Below are positions 49,425-59,760 of a DNA stretch of 64,000 nucleotides, in pieces (position 1 is the stretch's first letter; each line of letters starts with the position of its first letter). The translations under genes and the position numbers were made by a program. The notes beneath the pieces were generated by a model. The model was not told the DNA's origin. It did not search any database and saw nothing but the letters and a program-made list of their open reading frames with translations. This stretch comes from Alphaproteobacteria bacterium (GTDB lineage: Bacteria; Pseudomonadota; Alphaproteobacteria; CALKHQ01). The DNA is taken from positions 288,001-352,000 of the forward strand of contig CBDDFZ010000002.1 in the NCBI GenBank assembly GCA_965227515.1, in the 5' to 3' direction.

Positions 49425-50273
49425 ATGGGCAGCCATCTTAACGACGTCGTGGAACGGATCGAGGCGTTGCGGCGCGCGGGCGACCCATTCTGCGTCGTGA
49501 CCGTGGTGCGGACCGCTGCCGCCACCTCGGCCAAGGCCGGCGCGAAGGCGGTGGTCACCGCCGACGGCACGGTGCATGGCTTCGTTGGCGGCGGATGCGT
49601 GACCGGCGCGGTCCGCAAGGTGGCGCTGGAGGCGCTGACCGGCGGTGCGCCGCGGCTGATCCGGGTGAAGCCGAAGGAAGACGTGGTGTCTGAGCTCGAC
49701 GTCGACGGGGTCGAGCTGCATCGCTCGTCGTGCCCCAGCGGCGGCACCATCGACCTGTTCCTGGAGCCGTCCGCCCCGCCGCCGCGCATCGTGGTTTGCG
49801 GCGCCTCGCCGGTGGCGGTCACGCTGGTGCGCCTGGCGCGCGCGATGGGGAACAAGATACTGGCCGTCACCCTGCCGGAGCACAAGGACGCGGTGGCCGA
49901 CCCGGCGAATGACGGGGGCGACTGGCTGCCGGGCTTCGACCTGGGCCCGGCCGGCATCGGGCCCCGCGATGCCGTGGTCGTCGTCACCCAGGGCAAGCGC
50001 GACCGCGAGGCGCTGGCGGCGGCACTGTCCAGCGCGGCTGGCTATGTCGGCATGGTCGGCAGCCGCACCAAGATCGGCAAGCTCAAGGCGGCCATGGCAG
50101 GCGACGTTCCGGCGGATCGGCTGGCCTCGCTGCACGGCCCGGCAGGCATGGCCATCGGCGCCATCGAGCCGGAGGAGATCGCGCTGGCGATCCTGGCCGA
50201 GATCGTGCACGTCCGCCGCCACGGCGCTGTCGCCAAGGACGCACCCACCAAGGATGCCGCCGAACTCGGCTGA
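49425..50273 (+). CDS. coxF: XdhC/CoxF family Moco-insertion accessory protein
   Basis: TSAKAGAK, GGGCV, CPSGG, VGMVGSR, PAG...PEEIALAILAEI. Confidence 0.88.
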   Translation: MGSHLNDVVERIEALRRAGDPFCVVTVVRTAAATSAKAGAKAVVTADGTVHGFVGGGCVTGAVRKVALEALTGGAPRLIRVKPKEDVVSELDVDGVELHRSSCPSGGTIDLFLEPSAPPPRIVVCGASPVAVTLVRLARAMGNKILAVTLPEHKDAVADPANDGGDWLPGFDLGPAGIGPRDAVVVVTQGKRDREALAAALSSAAGYVGMVGSRTKIGKLKAAMAGDVPADRLASLHGPAGMAIGAIEPEEIALAILAEIVHVRRHGAVAKDAPTKDAAELG

Positions 50274-50349
50274 GGCGCGGTCACGCGATCGCCCCATTTC
50301 GCGCCGCACACTGTGTTGCATCAATAAAGTGGAGCACCCGCGGTGCGTA

Positions 50350-50365
50350 TGGCATACCATCTGCT
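50350..50365 (+). promoter_or_regulatory. Possible sigma54 promoter
   Basis: TGGCATACCATCTGCT (GG-N10-GC) preceded by AT-rich CATCAATAAAGT; about 215 bp upstream of ATG 50581. Confidence 0.3.
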
Positions 50366-50580
50366 GTACGCGTCGTAATGCGTCGTTTCCCGCGCCGTTG
50401 GGGGCGCTCGGCTCGATGTGGAGCAGGCGCTGAGCGCGATCGTCGCGCCAGGGCGGGCTGTTGCGATCCAGGTTGCGGGCAACGGGCAGCGACGTGCGGG
50501 CACGCTGCGCGGTGTCGCGCCGCGCCGTGTCGGGTTTGAGTGTTGTGCCGGTCCGCCGTGGCCGGGTCAGGACAGTGAAA

Positions 50581-53500
50581 ATGGCCGCCAAACGCACTGG
50601 TTGGCGACGCGTTGGCATCATCGGGCTTGAGGTTCTGGCTGGGTTGATTCTCGGCTTGGTCGTTCTTCTCGGTGTTGCGATCTGGCGCCTGTCGACCGGT
50701 CCCGTCTCGGCGGATTTCGCGACCCCGCTCATCGAAGACGCGCTGTCGGATCCCGCAAACGGCTTGCAGGTGAAGATCGGTGAGACCGACCTGATCTGGG
50801 AGGGTTGGGACGGCGGCGTCGACATCCAGGTCAAGGACGTCGTCATGACCGGGCCGACCGGGCTGACCGCGGTCGAGGTCGACACGATGTCGGTCGCCTT
50901 CAGCATTCCGGAGCTGATGTCCGGCAATTTGGAGCCCACCAGGCTTGAAATCCTGCGGCCGACGGTCTTCCTCACCTATGGCGCGAACGGACTGGCCATC
51001 GGGCTGAGCGACCCGGCGACCGCGAACGTGGTGCTGGACCCGACGGTGCAGGAGGGGATCGATGCGGCCGGTGCCGACGTCGATCCCGACGAACAGACCG
51101 TCGACGCCGATGGCGACGCAGACCCCGTCGACATGATGATTGCCGAACTCAGGCAGCCGCCCAGTGCGGACCGGCAACTGGGGTTGCTGCAATCGCTGCG
51201 GATCACCGACGCCGACCTGCGTATCCTCGATACGGTGAACGATGCGGTCTGGCAGGCGCCGGGCGCCAGCTTCGAGCTGACCCGCGACGATGCCGGCGTG
51301 GCGCTGGATGCCAGCGTCAGTGTCGCGCTGCGCGGCACCACCGTGTCGGTGGAGATCGCCAGCCACTTCTGGCGCGACACCGACCGCTACGACCTGACCG
51401 TCGGCTTTGGTGGCCTGACACCGTCGCTGATCGCATCCAACGTGCCATATGCATCCGACTTCGAGGAATTCGACATTCCGGTATCGGGTACGCTGCGCGC
51501 AACCGCGGACCAGGGTGACTTCGATTTCGTGCTCGACCTGGCGATGCCGATCGACGGCCAGACCGGCACCATCGAGGCGGTCGGTACCTTGCCGCGCACC
51601 AACGACCTGCTGACCGTGAACGTGGCCTTCGGGGCGATGCCGTTGGCGGAACTGGCGGAACGCCTGCCCTGGCTGGACGCGCTGGCCGGCTTCGACGTGC
51701 GGGTGACTGGCGATGTGGAAATGCTGGTCACCGAAGCCGGCGTCGACTCTGTCGGCTTCGAGCTGCACACCAGTCCCGGCATGCTGGTACTGCAGGACGT
51801 GTACCCGGCGCCGCTGCCGGTCGACCTGATCGTGTTCGAGGGCGCCATTGCCGGCGGCGGTGCCGCCATCGATATCGGCCGGCTGGACATCGATTTCGGC
51901 GATGTCGAATTCAACGGTAGCGGCACCGCATTCGCCGATGTCGGCATCTATGACGTGACGGTCGGCGGCGTGCTGAGCGGCATGAACATCGACAACATCG
52001 AGACCTACTGGCCCGAGCTGATATCCGCCAACGCGCGCACCTGGGTTCGGGAGCGCGTACCGGAAGGGGTGTTCGACTCGGTCAGCTTCAACATCTCCGG
52101 CCGCCACGACCTGGTGAACAACGCCTTCAAGCCGACCAACCTGGACCTGGATTTCCGGTTCCACGACCTTGCCATCGTCTACGTCGTCGGCATGCCGCCG
52201 GCGACCAATCTGACCGGTCATGGCACCTATGGCGGCAGCGAGCTGGTCATCAATTTGGAGCCGGGCGGCGAGACGTTCGACCTGCTGGCCGACGAGGGGC
52301 AGATCAGGCTGAGCGGCCTGGACGAGAAGGTCGGCCGCGCGCGGATCGAGACCACGCTGAGCGGCGACCTGCGCAACCACTTGCGCATGATCGACCACGA
52401 GCCGCTGAGCTTCCTGCAGGCCTATGGCATCCAGCCGGGGGCGGCCGGCGGCCGGGCGTCGGCAAAGCTGGAGCTGGAGTTCGACCTGGAAGAAGTGGTG
52501 GAACTGGATGCCCTCGATATCAGCGTCGTCGCCTACACCACCAATGCGCTGGTGCCCGGCATCGCTGCCGGCGCCGACCTGACCGACGCCGATCTGGAAG
52601 TCTCGGTCACCAACGAGCAACTGCGTATCCGTGGGCGCGCGGTCATGCTCGATGCGCCGGTGCAGGTGGACATGACCGAGAACTTCCTGCCCGGCGCGCC
52701 TGTTCTCAACCAGGTCACGGTGCAGGGTGTGTTCGACGTGCAGCGGCTGACCGAGATCGGGGTCGACGCCACCCGCTGGGGCCAGGGGCCGGTCGGCACG
52801 GCCGCCCGCATCCACACCTATCGCGACAACACGACCCAGATCGCCGCGAACATGGTCTTGGACGCAGCCAGCGTCGGCCTGCCGATCCTGGGCTGGTCGA
52901 AGCCGCCCGGCGTGCCGGCCGTGGGGTCGATCCAGGTGCTGCTGCGCGACGGCGACCTGGAGACCATAGACCGCGTCACCATCGACACCGGCGATTTCAG
53001 CGCCGATGTGCGGATCGCCTTCGCCGACGACGGGGCGCCCGCGCAGTTCGATATCCACACGTTGGAATGGGGGCGCACCGCCGTGCGCGGTGTCGTCGCG
53101 GCGAGCAATGGCGGCTACGCGATCCGGGCCGATGGCGGCGTCGTCGACCTGCAGCAATGGCTGGGCGACGATGCGGTCGAGACGGCGTCGCCGAATGAAG
53201 CCGATGGCGACCCTCCGGTGCCTCTGGCCATCTCCGGCCGGCTGGACCGTTTGTGGATCGACGACACCGCCTACGTCGACAACATCGCGGCCGACGTCCT
53301 GATCGTCGACGGTGACGTGCAGCGCGGGCGGGTCTCCGGCCTGGCCGGCGTGCCCGTGGTGGCGGAAATCACCCAGGAAGACTCCGGCCGCATGCTGTGG
53401 GTGAACGTGGAGGATGCCGGCGCGGTGCTCAGCGCGCTCGGCTTCACCGACGCCATCGGACGCGGGCGCCTGTCGCTGGCGGCGCGGTTCCGCGACAACG

Positions 53501-53973
53501 AGCCGGGCCAGCCGCTGGTAGGCGATCTGACCATCCAGAACTTCCGCCTGATCGACGCGCCGGTGATTGCGGAGATCGTCGCCATCGCCGGCATCACCGG
53601 CATCTTCGACGCCATCGAGGGCGAGGGCATCGGCTTCGGCGAGCTTTCGACCACGTTCCGCTACCGCGACGGCATCGTCGAGCTGCGCGGCGGCAGCATG
53701 GTCGGCCCCTCCATCGGCATGACGTTCGACGGCGCGGTCGACATCGAGAACGATCTGATCAACCTGCAGGGCGCGGTGGCGCCGGCCTATGCGCTGAACG
53801 GTCTGCTGGAAGGCATTCCGCTGATCGGCGACATTCTGGTCGGCGGTCCGGGCGAGGGCATTTTCGCGGTCACCTATCGTGCGTCCGGCTCGGCCGAGGA
53901 CCCGGAGGTGGCGGTCAATCCACTGTCGGCCCTGACCCCGGGCGTGCTGCGCAATATCTTCCCGGGTGGGTGA
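50581..53973 (+). CDS. AsmA-like/YhdP family (DUF3971) envelope protein
   Basis: About 1130 aa; N-terminal TM then WRLSTGPVS; YWP...ARTWV; C-terminal PAYALN, IPLIGDILVG, VNPLSALTPG. Confidence 0.85.
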   Translation: MAAKRTGWRRVGIIGLEVLAGLILGLVVLLGVAIWRLSTGPVSADFATPLIEDALSDPANGLQVKIGETDLIWEGWDGGVDIQVKDVVMTGPTGLTAVEVDTMSVAFSIPELMSGNLEPTRLEILRPTVFLTYGANGLAIGLSDPATANVVLDPTVQEGIDAAGADVDPDEQTVDADGDADPVDMMIAELRQPPSADRQLGLLQSLRITDADLRILDTVNDAVWQAPGASFELTRDDAGVALDASVSVALRGTTVSVEIASHFWRDTDRYDLTVGFGGLTPSLIASNVPYASDFEEFDIPVSGTLRATADQGDFDFVLDLAMPIDGQTGTIEAVGTLPRTNDLLTVNVAFGAMPLAELAERLPWLDALAGFDVRVTGDVEMLVTEAGVDSVGFELHTSPGMLVLQDVYPAPLPVDLIVFEGAIAGGGAAIDIGRLDIDFGDVEFNGSGTAFADVGIYDVTVGGVLSGMNIDNIETYWPELISANARTWVRERVPEGVFDSVSFNISGRHDLVNNAFKPTNLDLDFRFHDLAIVYVVGMPPATNLTGHGTYGGSELVINLEPGGETFDLLADEGQIRLSGLDEKVGRARIETTLSGDLRNHLRMIDHEPLSFLQAYGIQPGAAGGRASAKLELEFDLEEVVELDALDISVVAYTTNALVPGIAAGADLTDADLEVSVTNEQLRIRGRAVMLDAPVQVDMTENFLPGAPVLNQVTVQGVFDVQRLTEIGVDATRWGQGPVGTAARIHTYRDNTTQIAANMVLDAASVGLPILGWSKPPGVPAVGSIQVLLRDGDLETIDRVTIDTGDFSADVRIAFADDGAPAQFDIHTLEWGRTAVRGVVAASNGGYAIRADGGVVDLQQWLGDDAVETASPNEADGDPPVPLAISGRLDRLWIDDTAYVDNIAADVLIVDGDVQRGRVSGLAGVPVVAEITQEDSGRMLWVNVEDAGAVLSALGFTDAIGRGRLSLAARFRDNEPGQPLVGDLTIQNFRLIDAPVIAEIVAIAGITGIFDAIEGEGIGFGELSTTFRYRDGIVELRGGSMVGPSIGMTFDGAVDIENDLINLQGAVAPAYALNGLLEGIPLIGDILVGGPGEGIFAVTYRASGSAEDPEVAVNPLSALTPGVLRNIFPGG

Positions 53974-54019
53974 GTTTGCCACGGCGCGATCGGTTGCCGG
54001 GCCGGTGCATGAAGGGTAT

Positions 54020-54035
54020 TGGCATGGTTCTCGCA
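54020..54035 (+). promoter_or_regulatory. Putative sigma54 promoter
   Basis: TGGCATGGTTCTCGCA (GG-N10-GC) about 35 bp upstream of ATG 54070. Confidence 0.45.
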
Positions 54036-54069
54036 GAATCCTGCCCGGTAGCTTCATGACCACCAGACT

Positions 54070-55020
54070 ATGACCTTCGATATCATCATCAGCTGGCTCG
54101 CGTTCACGCCGGAGTTCGCCATGCCGTTGATCCTGGCCGCCCTCGGCCTGATCATCAACGAGCGGGCCGGCGTGCTGAACCTGGGCGCCGAGGGGCTGAT
54201 GCTGGTCGGCGCCATGACCAGCGTCGCGGTCTGGATCGAGCTGGCGGACACCGGCTGGCAAAGCCCCTGGTTCGGCATGCTGGGCGCGGCCATTGCCGGC
54301 GCCGCCGTCGCCGCGCTGTTCGCGTTCATGGTGGTCATCCTGCGCGCGAGCCAGGTGGTGACGGGCGTGGCGCTGGTGTTTTTCTGCATCGGCCTGACCG
54401 GGCTGTTGGGCTCGCAGATGAGCTGGACCGACACGCCGGTGCCCGGCTTCTCGCGCATCGACCTCGGCTGGCTCAGCGAAATCCCGGTGATCGGGCGGAT
54501 CGTCTTCCACCAGGACCCGTGGGTGTACCTGACCCTGCTGCTGGTGGTGCTGGTGCATTTCGGGCTGTTCCACAGCGTGACCGGGCTGAAGCTGCGCGCC
54601 GTCGGCCACAATCCGCAGGCGGCCGACACCGCGGGCGTCTCGGTCATCGCCTACCGCTTCGGCGCCGTGGTCGTGGGCGGCGCGCTGGTCGGGCTCGCCG
54701 GCGGCTACCTCGCCCAGGCGTCGGCCAAGATCTGGGTCGACGAGCTGACCCAGGGGCGGGGCTGGATCGCCATCGCGCTGGTCATCTTCGCGCGCTGGCG
54801 GCCGTGGCGGGCGGTGTTCGGCGCGCTGCTGTTCGGCGGCATCGAGGCGCTGATCCCGCGCCTGAACGCGGCCGGTTTCGCGCTGCCGCAATATTTCCTG
54901 CTGATGACGCCCTACCTGGCGACCCTGGTCGTGTTGGTCTACGCCGCCCTCGCCACCCGCAAGGGCGCCAACGCGCCGCTGGCGCTGGGCCTGCCGTTCG
55001 TGCGCGAGGAGCGGCGTTGA
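54070..55020 (+). CDS. Nucleoside/purine-type ABC transporter permease (orphan in this window)
   Basis: ERAGVLNLGAEGLM, LRAVGHNP, GRGWIAIALVIF, PYLAT, PLALGLPF. Confidence 0.88.
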   Translation: MTFDIIISWLAFTPEFAMPLILAALGLIINERAGVLNLGAEGLMLVGAMTSVAVWIELADTGWQSPWFGMLGAAIAGAAVAALFAFMVVILRASQVVTGVALVFFCIGLTGLLGSQMSWTDTPVPGFSRIDLGWLSEIPVIGRIVFHQDPWVYLTLLLVVLVHFGLFHSVTGLKLRAVGHNPQAADTAGVSVIAYRFGAVVVGGALVGLAGGYLAQASAKIWVDELTQGRGWIAIALVIFARWRPWRAVFGALLFGGIEALIPRLNAAGFALPQYFLLMTPYLATLVVLVYAALATRKGANAPLALGLPFVREERR

Positions 55021-55406
55021 GCCAGCGCATCGCCGCCGTCACCGTGGTGGTGCCCGACTATCGCCTGGCCCTGGACTTCTACGTCGGCGTGCTGGGGTTC
55101 GACCTGTTGGAGGACACGGCGCTGGAGGGCGGCAAGCGCTGGGTGCGTGTCGCGCCGAAGGGGCCGCCCGGCACGTGCCTGCTGCTCGCCCAGGCGGCGA
55201 CGCCGGCACAGCACGCCCGTGTCGGCGACCAGACCGGCGGGCGCGTGTTCCTGTTCCTGGAGACCGACGATTTCGCCCGCGACCACGCGCTCTACACCGA
55301 GCGCGGGGTGGTGTTCCGCGAGCCGCCGCGCATCGAGGCCTACGGCACCGTCGCGGTGTTCGAGGACCCGTTCGGCAACCAGTGGGACCTGATCGAGCCG
55401 GGGTGA
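55017..55406 (+). CDS. VOC/glyoxalase family protein
   Basis: TTG start overlapping the permease stop; FYVGVLGF, KRWV, QTGGRV, YGTVAVFEDPFGNQWDL. Confidence 0.88.
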   Translation: MSQRIAAVTVVVPDYRLALDFYVGVLGFDLLEDTALEGGKRWVRVAPKGPPGTCLLLAQAATPAQHARVGDQTGGRVFLFLETDDFARDHALYTERGVVFREPPRIEAYGTVAVFEDPFGNQWDLIEPG

Positions 55407-55445
55407 GAGCAACCCAGGCTCGTCTGTCCGTCAATCATCCAAGGT

Positions 55446-55602
55446 CGTCGTCCTCGCCCTTGTGGCGAGGACCCATCATTGTCCAATGCGCCAGTCGACA
55501 GCTCGGTGGTCCGCGACATGCATGGCAGGCGGCAAACTGCGAACAGGGTTGGTAGCGCGTTTGGCGGTTGAATGGGTCCTAGCCACAAGGGCGAGGGCGA
55601 CA
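55446..55602. repeat. Long CGTC-type REP dimer / MITE-like element, family C, copy 2
   Basis: Same terminal hairpins as 48029-48190; shares internal CAATGCGCCAG and GCTCGGTG. Confidence 0.85.
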
Positions 55603-55738
55603 ACAGGATTTGTTGCCGGACTGTCATCATGACGATGGAGGGAGGGCAGGCAGTTGCGCTCAGGGGGGGCGGCGCGTTAAGGTCTCTGCGGAAATGAACA
55701 CCGTATCCGCTATGTGGACATAGCAGCAGGAGGGGCCA

Positions 55739-57793
55739 TTGGGACTCAGGGTCGCGATCGATACCGGCGGCACCTTCACCGACGTGGTGGCGATCGACGA
55801 GGCGTCGGGCGCGCAGTGGGCGGTGAAGACGCCGAGCACCCCGGCCGACCCCTCCATCGGGCTGATCAACGGTGTGCGCAAGGTGGCCGAGGTCGCCGAG
55901 ATGCAGGCCGCCGATGTGGCGCAACTCCTGCACGGCTCCACCACCGCCACCAACGCGGTGCTGGAGCACAAGTTCGACGGGCTTGGCCTGCTGGTCACCG
56001 AGGGCTTCCGCCACATCATCGAGATCGCGCGCCAGTCGGTGCCGGACGGCTATGGCAACTCGTTCTTCTGGGTGAAGCCGCCGCGCCTGGTGCCGCTGCA
56101 CCTGGTGCGCGAGGCGCCGGGCCGCATGAACTTCCAGGGCGAGGAACTGGCGCCGCTGGACGAGCAGGCGGTGATCTCAGGCGTCGGAGAGCTGGTCGAG
56201 ATGGGCGTCACCTGCCTTGGCGTGTGCCTGCTGCACGCCTATGCCAACGACGCCCACGAGAGCCGCATCCGCGAACTCTGCGCGGAGCATTACCCCGACC
56301 TCTTCGTGTCGATCTCCTCGGTCGTGCTGCCCGAGTACCGCGAGTACGAGCGCGCGATGACCACCCTGATCGACGTGCTGGTGAAGCCCTATTGCCGCAC
56401 CTATCTGCAGCACGCCCATGAGCAGATTTCCGCCGAGGCCGGCGAGGTGCCGTTCCTGATCATGCAGTCGAACGGCGGCGTGGTGACCCACGCGACGGCG
56501 GGCGACAAGCCGGTGACCATGCTGCTGTCCGGCCCGGCGGCCGGTGTGCTCGGCGCCATGCACATGGCAAGCCTGGGCGGCCACCGCGATATTCTGACCC
56601 TCGACGTCGGCGGCACCTCCACCGACGTGTCGCTGGTCGACGACCTGACGCCGCAGTTCACCACCCACTCGATGGTCGAGCACTACCCGGTCAAGACGCC
56701 GATGCTGGATATCGCCACCGTCGGCACCGGCGGTGGCTCGCTGGCCTGGGTCGACCCCTATGGTGCGCTGAAGGTGGGGCCGCGCAGTGCCGGCGCCGAT
56801 CCCGGCCCGATCTGCTACGGCCGTGGCGGCACCGAGCCGACGGTGACCGACGCGGCCCTGGTGCTGGGCCGCATTCCGCCGGCGTTGATCGGCGGTGAGC
56901 TGGCGCTGGACGCCGCTGCCGCCCGCAAGGCTTACGAGACCCTCGGCGCGCGTTTCGAGATGTCGGCCGAGGAAGCGGCGGCCGGCGTGATCGAGATCGC
57001 CGCCGCCAACCAGGTCAACGGCATCCGCCAGGTCACCGTCAGCCGGGGCCACAACCCGTCCGACTATGTGCTTGTTGCCTTCGGCGGCGCGGGCGGCATG
57101 TTCATCTGCGACGTGGCCGACTTCCTGGACATCAAGACCGCGCTGTCGCCGCCCAATCCCGGCAATCTATCGGCGTTCGGGCTCCACGTCTCCGACATCA
57201 AGCGCGACTATCTGCGCACGCTGGTGCGCCAGCAGTCGACCGCCGACCCGGCCGAGATCGACAGCCAGTGGAGCCAGCTCGAAGACGCCGGCCGGCGCGA
57301 GATCGCCGACGAGGGCGTCGACCCGGCCAACATCGCGGTGCAGCGGCTGGCCGACATGCGCTATGTCGGCGAGGCGCACGAGGTGCCGGTCTACGTGCCC
57401 GAGGGCATGGGCGGCGCGCAAGCCATCGAACATCTCTGGGCCGAGTTCCACCGCGTCCACGACAAGACCTTCGGTTATGCTTATGAGGGCCAGCAGGATG
57501 TGGAACTGGTCAATCTGCGGGTCCAGGCGGTCGGCCGGGTGCAGCGCCCGGACGTGCAGGTGAGCGAAAGAGCCGGCGCCGGCGGCCCGGCCGCCGCGCG
57601 CGGCGAACGCCGGGTCTATTGGCGCAATGAAGGATGGCTGGACTGCCCGCTCTACGACCGTGCCGCGCTGGATGTCGACGCGACGGTCGACGGACCGGCC
57701 ATCATCGAGGAATATGGGTCCACCGTCGTGGTCGCCGACGGTTGGCAGGCCCGCATGGACGCCTATGGCAATCTGCAACTGAGGAGGGTGTGA
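55739..57793 (+). CDS. Hydantoinase/oxoprolinase subunit A (ATP-binding)
   Basis: TTG start with AGGAGG; DTGGTFTD, HGSTTATN, SGPAAG, DVGGTSTD, SAGADPGP. Confidence 0.93.
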   Translation: MGLRVAIDTGGTFTDVVAIDEASGAQWAVKTPSTPADPSIGLINGVRKVAEVAEMQAADVAQLLHGSTTATNAVLEHKFDGLGLLVTEGFRHIIEIARQSVPDGYGNSFFWVKPPRLVPLHLVREAPGRMNFQGEELAPLDEQAVISGVGELVEMGVTCLGVCLLHAYANDAHESRIRELCAEHYPDLFVSISSVVLPEYREYERAMTTLIDVLVKPYCRTYLQHAHEQISAEAGEVPFLIMQSNGGVVTHATAGDKPVTMLLSGPAAGVLGAMHMASLGGHRDILTLDVGGTSTDVSLVDDLTPQFTTHSMVEHYPVKTPMLDIATVGTGGGSLAWVDPYGALKVGPRSAGADPGPICYGRGGTEPTVTDAALVLGRIPPALIGGELALDAAAARKAYETLGARFEMSAEEAAAGVIEIAAANQVNGIRQVTVSRGHNPSDYVLVAFGGAGGMFICDVADFLDIKTALSPPNPGNLSAFGLHVSDIKRDYLRTLVRQQSTADPAEIDSQWSQLEDAGRREIADEGVDPANIAVQRLADMRYVGEAHEVPVYVPEGMGGAQAIEHLWAEFHRVHDKTFGYAYEGQQDVELVNLRVQAVGRVQRPDVQVSERAGAGGPAAARGERRVYWRNEGWLDCPLYDRAALDVDATVDGPAIIEEYGSTVVVADGWQARMDAYGNLQLRRV

Positions 57794-59742
57794 TGCCCGA
57801 CGGTGGCGCGAAGAAGACGCTCGGTCCGATCGAGCTTGAGGTGATCCTGGGCACCGTGCGCTCCGCCGAGTTGGAGATCGAGGCGGCGGTCGAGCGCACG
57901 TCGCGCTCGCCGATGATCCGCGACCAGCATGACTACCGGGTCGCGCTGTTCGATGCCAAGGGCCGCAAGCTGACCGGCCGTTCCTACTCCGCCCTGGTCG
58001 AGCCGGTGTTCGAGTATTTCGGCGAGGACCAGATCTTCCCCGGCGACGTGTTCTTCTGGAACGACCCGTACAACAGCGCCGGTGGCATCGGCCATATTCC
58101 GGACCTGTGCTCGACCCTGCCGATCTTCCACGGCGACCGGCTGGTCGGCTTCAGCCAGGTGTTCGGCCACCACGACGACGTCGGCGGCTCGGTGCCCGGC
58201 AGCCTGCCGGTGCACGCCACCGATATGTGGACCGAGGGCCTGGTGATCCCGCCGATCAAGCTCTACGAGAAGGGCGTGCTCAACAAGGCGGCCTACGAGA
58301 TCATCGCCCGCAACTCGCGGCTCGCCGACCATCTGCGCGGCGATATCGATGCCGAGATCGGCGCCGCCAAGCTGGGTGCGGCCCGCGTGCTGGAAATGGC
58401 CGAGCGCTACGGCCCCGACACGCTGGAGGCCGCGTTCGACGCCATCGTCGAGAACTGCGCGCGCACCATCCGCGACGAGTTGCTGCCGCAGATCGAGGAC
58501 GGCACCTACGCCTGGGAAGACTACATCGAGAACGACGGGGTCGACGCGCCGCGCCTGCACGCGCTCAGGCTCACCATGACAAAGACCGCCGACAAGATCG
58601 TGCTCGATTTCACCGGCACCGACCGCGAGACCAAGGGGCCGATCAACTGGGCCATCGACTATTGCGAGGGCAAGTTCGTTCGCAAGTGGATGGCGCCGGT
58701 GCTGCGCTCGCTGGCGGCCTCGCCGGAGCGCGCGGCCGAGATCGACATGAACGAGGGCGTGCTCGACGTCATCGAGGTGCGGTTCCCGGAGAAGGGCACC
58801 ATGGTGACGCCGACCTTCGGCCGGCCGACCGGGCTGCGCTTCTTCCCGCTGTTGCGCTCGCTCGGCCTGTTCGCCGCCTGCCTGTCGAAGGCGACCGGCG
58901 GGCGGATGCCGGCGGACCATGAGACCATCCGCATCTGGGGCCTGCATGGCGGGCGCACCGGCAAGGACTTCTTCCTGTTCCGCGAGGTGCTGGGCGGCGG
59001 CGGGCCGGGCCGGCCGTGGGCCGACGGCTCAGACGTGGTGCATATCGTGCCGAACTCGCGCAATTTGCCGGCCGAGTTCTCGGAGACCCGCTATCCGGTG
59101 ATGGTCGAACGCTTGGCGCTGTGCCAGGACTCCGGCGGCGCCGGCTACCGCCGCGGCGGCTTTGGCTACGACAAGCAGATCCGCTCGATGCTCGACTGTG
59201 TGCTGCTGTCGAACGCCGACCGGGCGATGCTCAACACCTATGGCTGCAATGGCGGCCAGCATGGCGCGACCTATTCGATTTCAATTACAGAGGGCAGCGT
59301 CACCGAGGGCGACGGCGAGGCGAAGACCCTGCCCGGCATGATCGACAACGTGCCGGTCAAGGCAGGCTCGCTGGTGCGCATCACCACCACTGGCGGCGGC
59401 GGCTGGGGCGACCCGCTGCAGCGCGAGCCGGAGAAGGTCTGTTACGACGTGCAGTGCGGCCTGGTGTCGGCGGACGCGGCGCGCGCGGAATACGGCGTCG
59501 TGCTCACCAAGTCCGGTGCCCGGTACGAGGTCGACGGCAACGAGACCGAGGCCCTGCGCTCCAAGATGCGCGCCGCTGCGGGTCCGCGCCCGATGTTCGA
59601 CCGTGGCCCCTATTTCGAGGAGACCAAGCGCAGCAAGGGCATCGACTGGCCGGAGGGCTGGACCGATCCCGACGAGGGCTGGCTCGCCGCCGATCCGAAG
59701 GAGGCGCTGAACGCGCAGCCCAAGCGCGTCGCGGCTGAGTAG
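57793..59742 (+). CDS. Hydantoinase B/oxoprolinase subunit
   Basis: NDPY, GHIPD, GHHDDVGG, DSGGAG...RGG, GGGGWGDP; ATG overlaps the subunit A stop. Confidence 0.93.
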   Translation: MPDGGAKKTLGPIELEVILGTVRSAELEIEAAVERTSRSPMIRDQHDYRVALFDAKGRKLTGRSYSALVEPVFEYFGEDQIFPGDVFFWNDPYNSAGGIGHIPDLCSTLPIFHGDRLVGFSQVFGHHDDVGGSVPGSLPVHATDMWTEGLVIPPIKLYEKGVLNKAAYEIIARNSRLADHLRGDIDAEIGAAKLGAARVLEMAERYGPDTLEAAFDAIVENCARTIRDELLPQIEDGTYAWEDYIENDGVDAPRLHALRLTMTKTADKIVLDFTGTDRETKGPINWAIDYCEGKFVRKWMAPVLRSLAASPERAAEIDMNEGVLDVIEVRFPEKGTMVTPTFGRPTGLRFFPLLRSLGLFAACLSKATGGRMPADHETIRIWGLHGGRTGKDFFLFREVLGGGGPGRPWADGSDVVHIVPNSRNLPAEFSETRYPVMVERLALCQDSGGAGYRRGGFGYDKQIRSMLDCVLLSNADRAMLNTYGCNGGQHGATYSISITEGSVTEGDGEAKTLPGMIDNVPVKAGSLVRITTTGGGGWGDPLQREPEKVCYDVQCGLVSADAARAEYGVVLTKSGARYEVDGNETEALRSKMRAAAGPRPMFDRGPYFEETKRSKGIDWPEGWTDPDEGWLAADPKEALNAQPKRVAAE

Positions 59743-59760
59743 GGCGGGGGAACGGACGCC

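Noticed and set aside
50281-54891. 1536-aa minus-strand ORF
   Set aside because: Antisense shadow of the YhdP-like and permease genes; stop-poor frame caused by high-GC codon bias; no recognisable motifs
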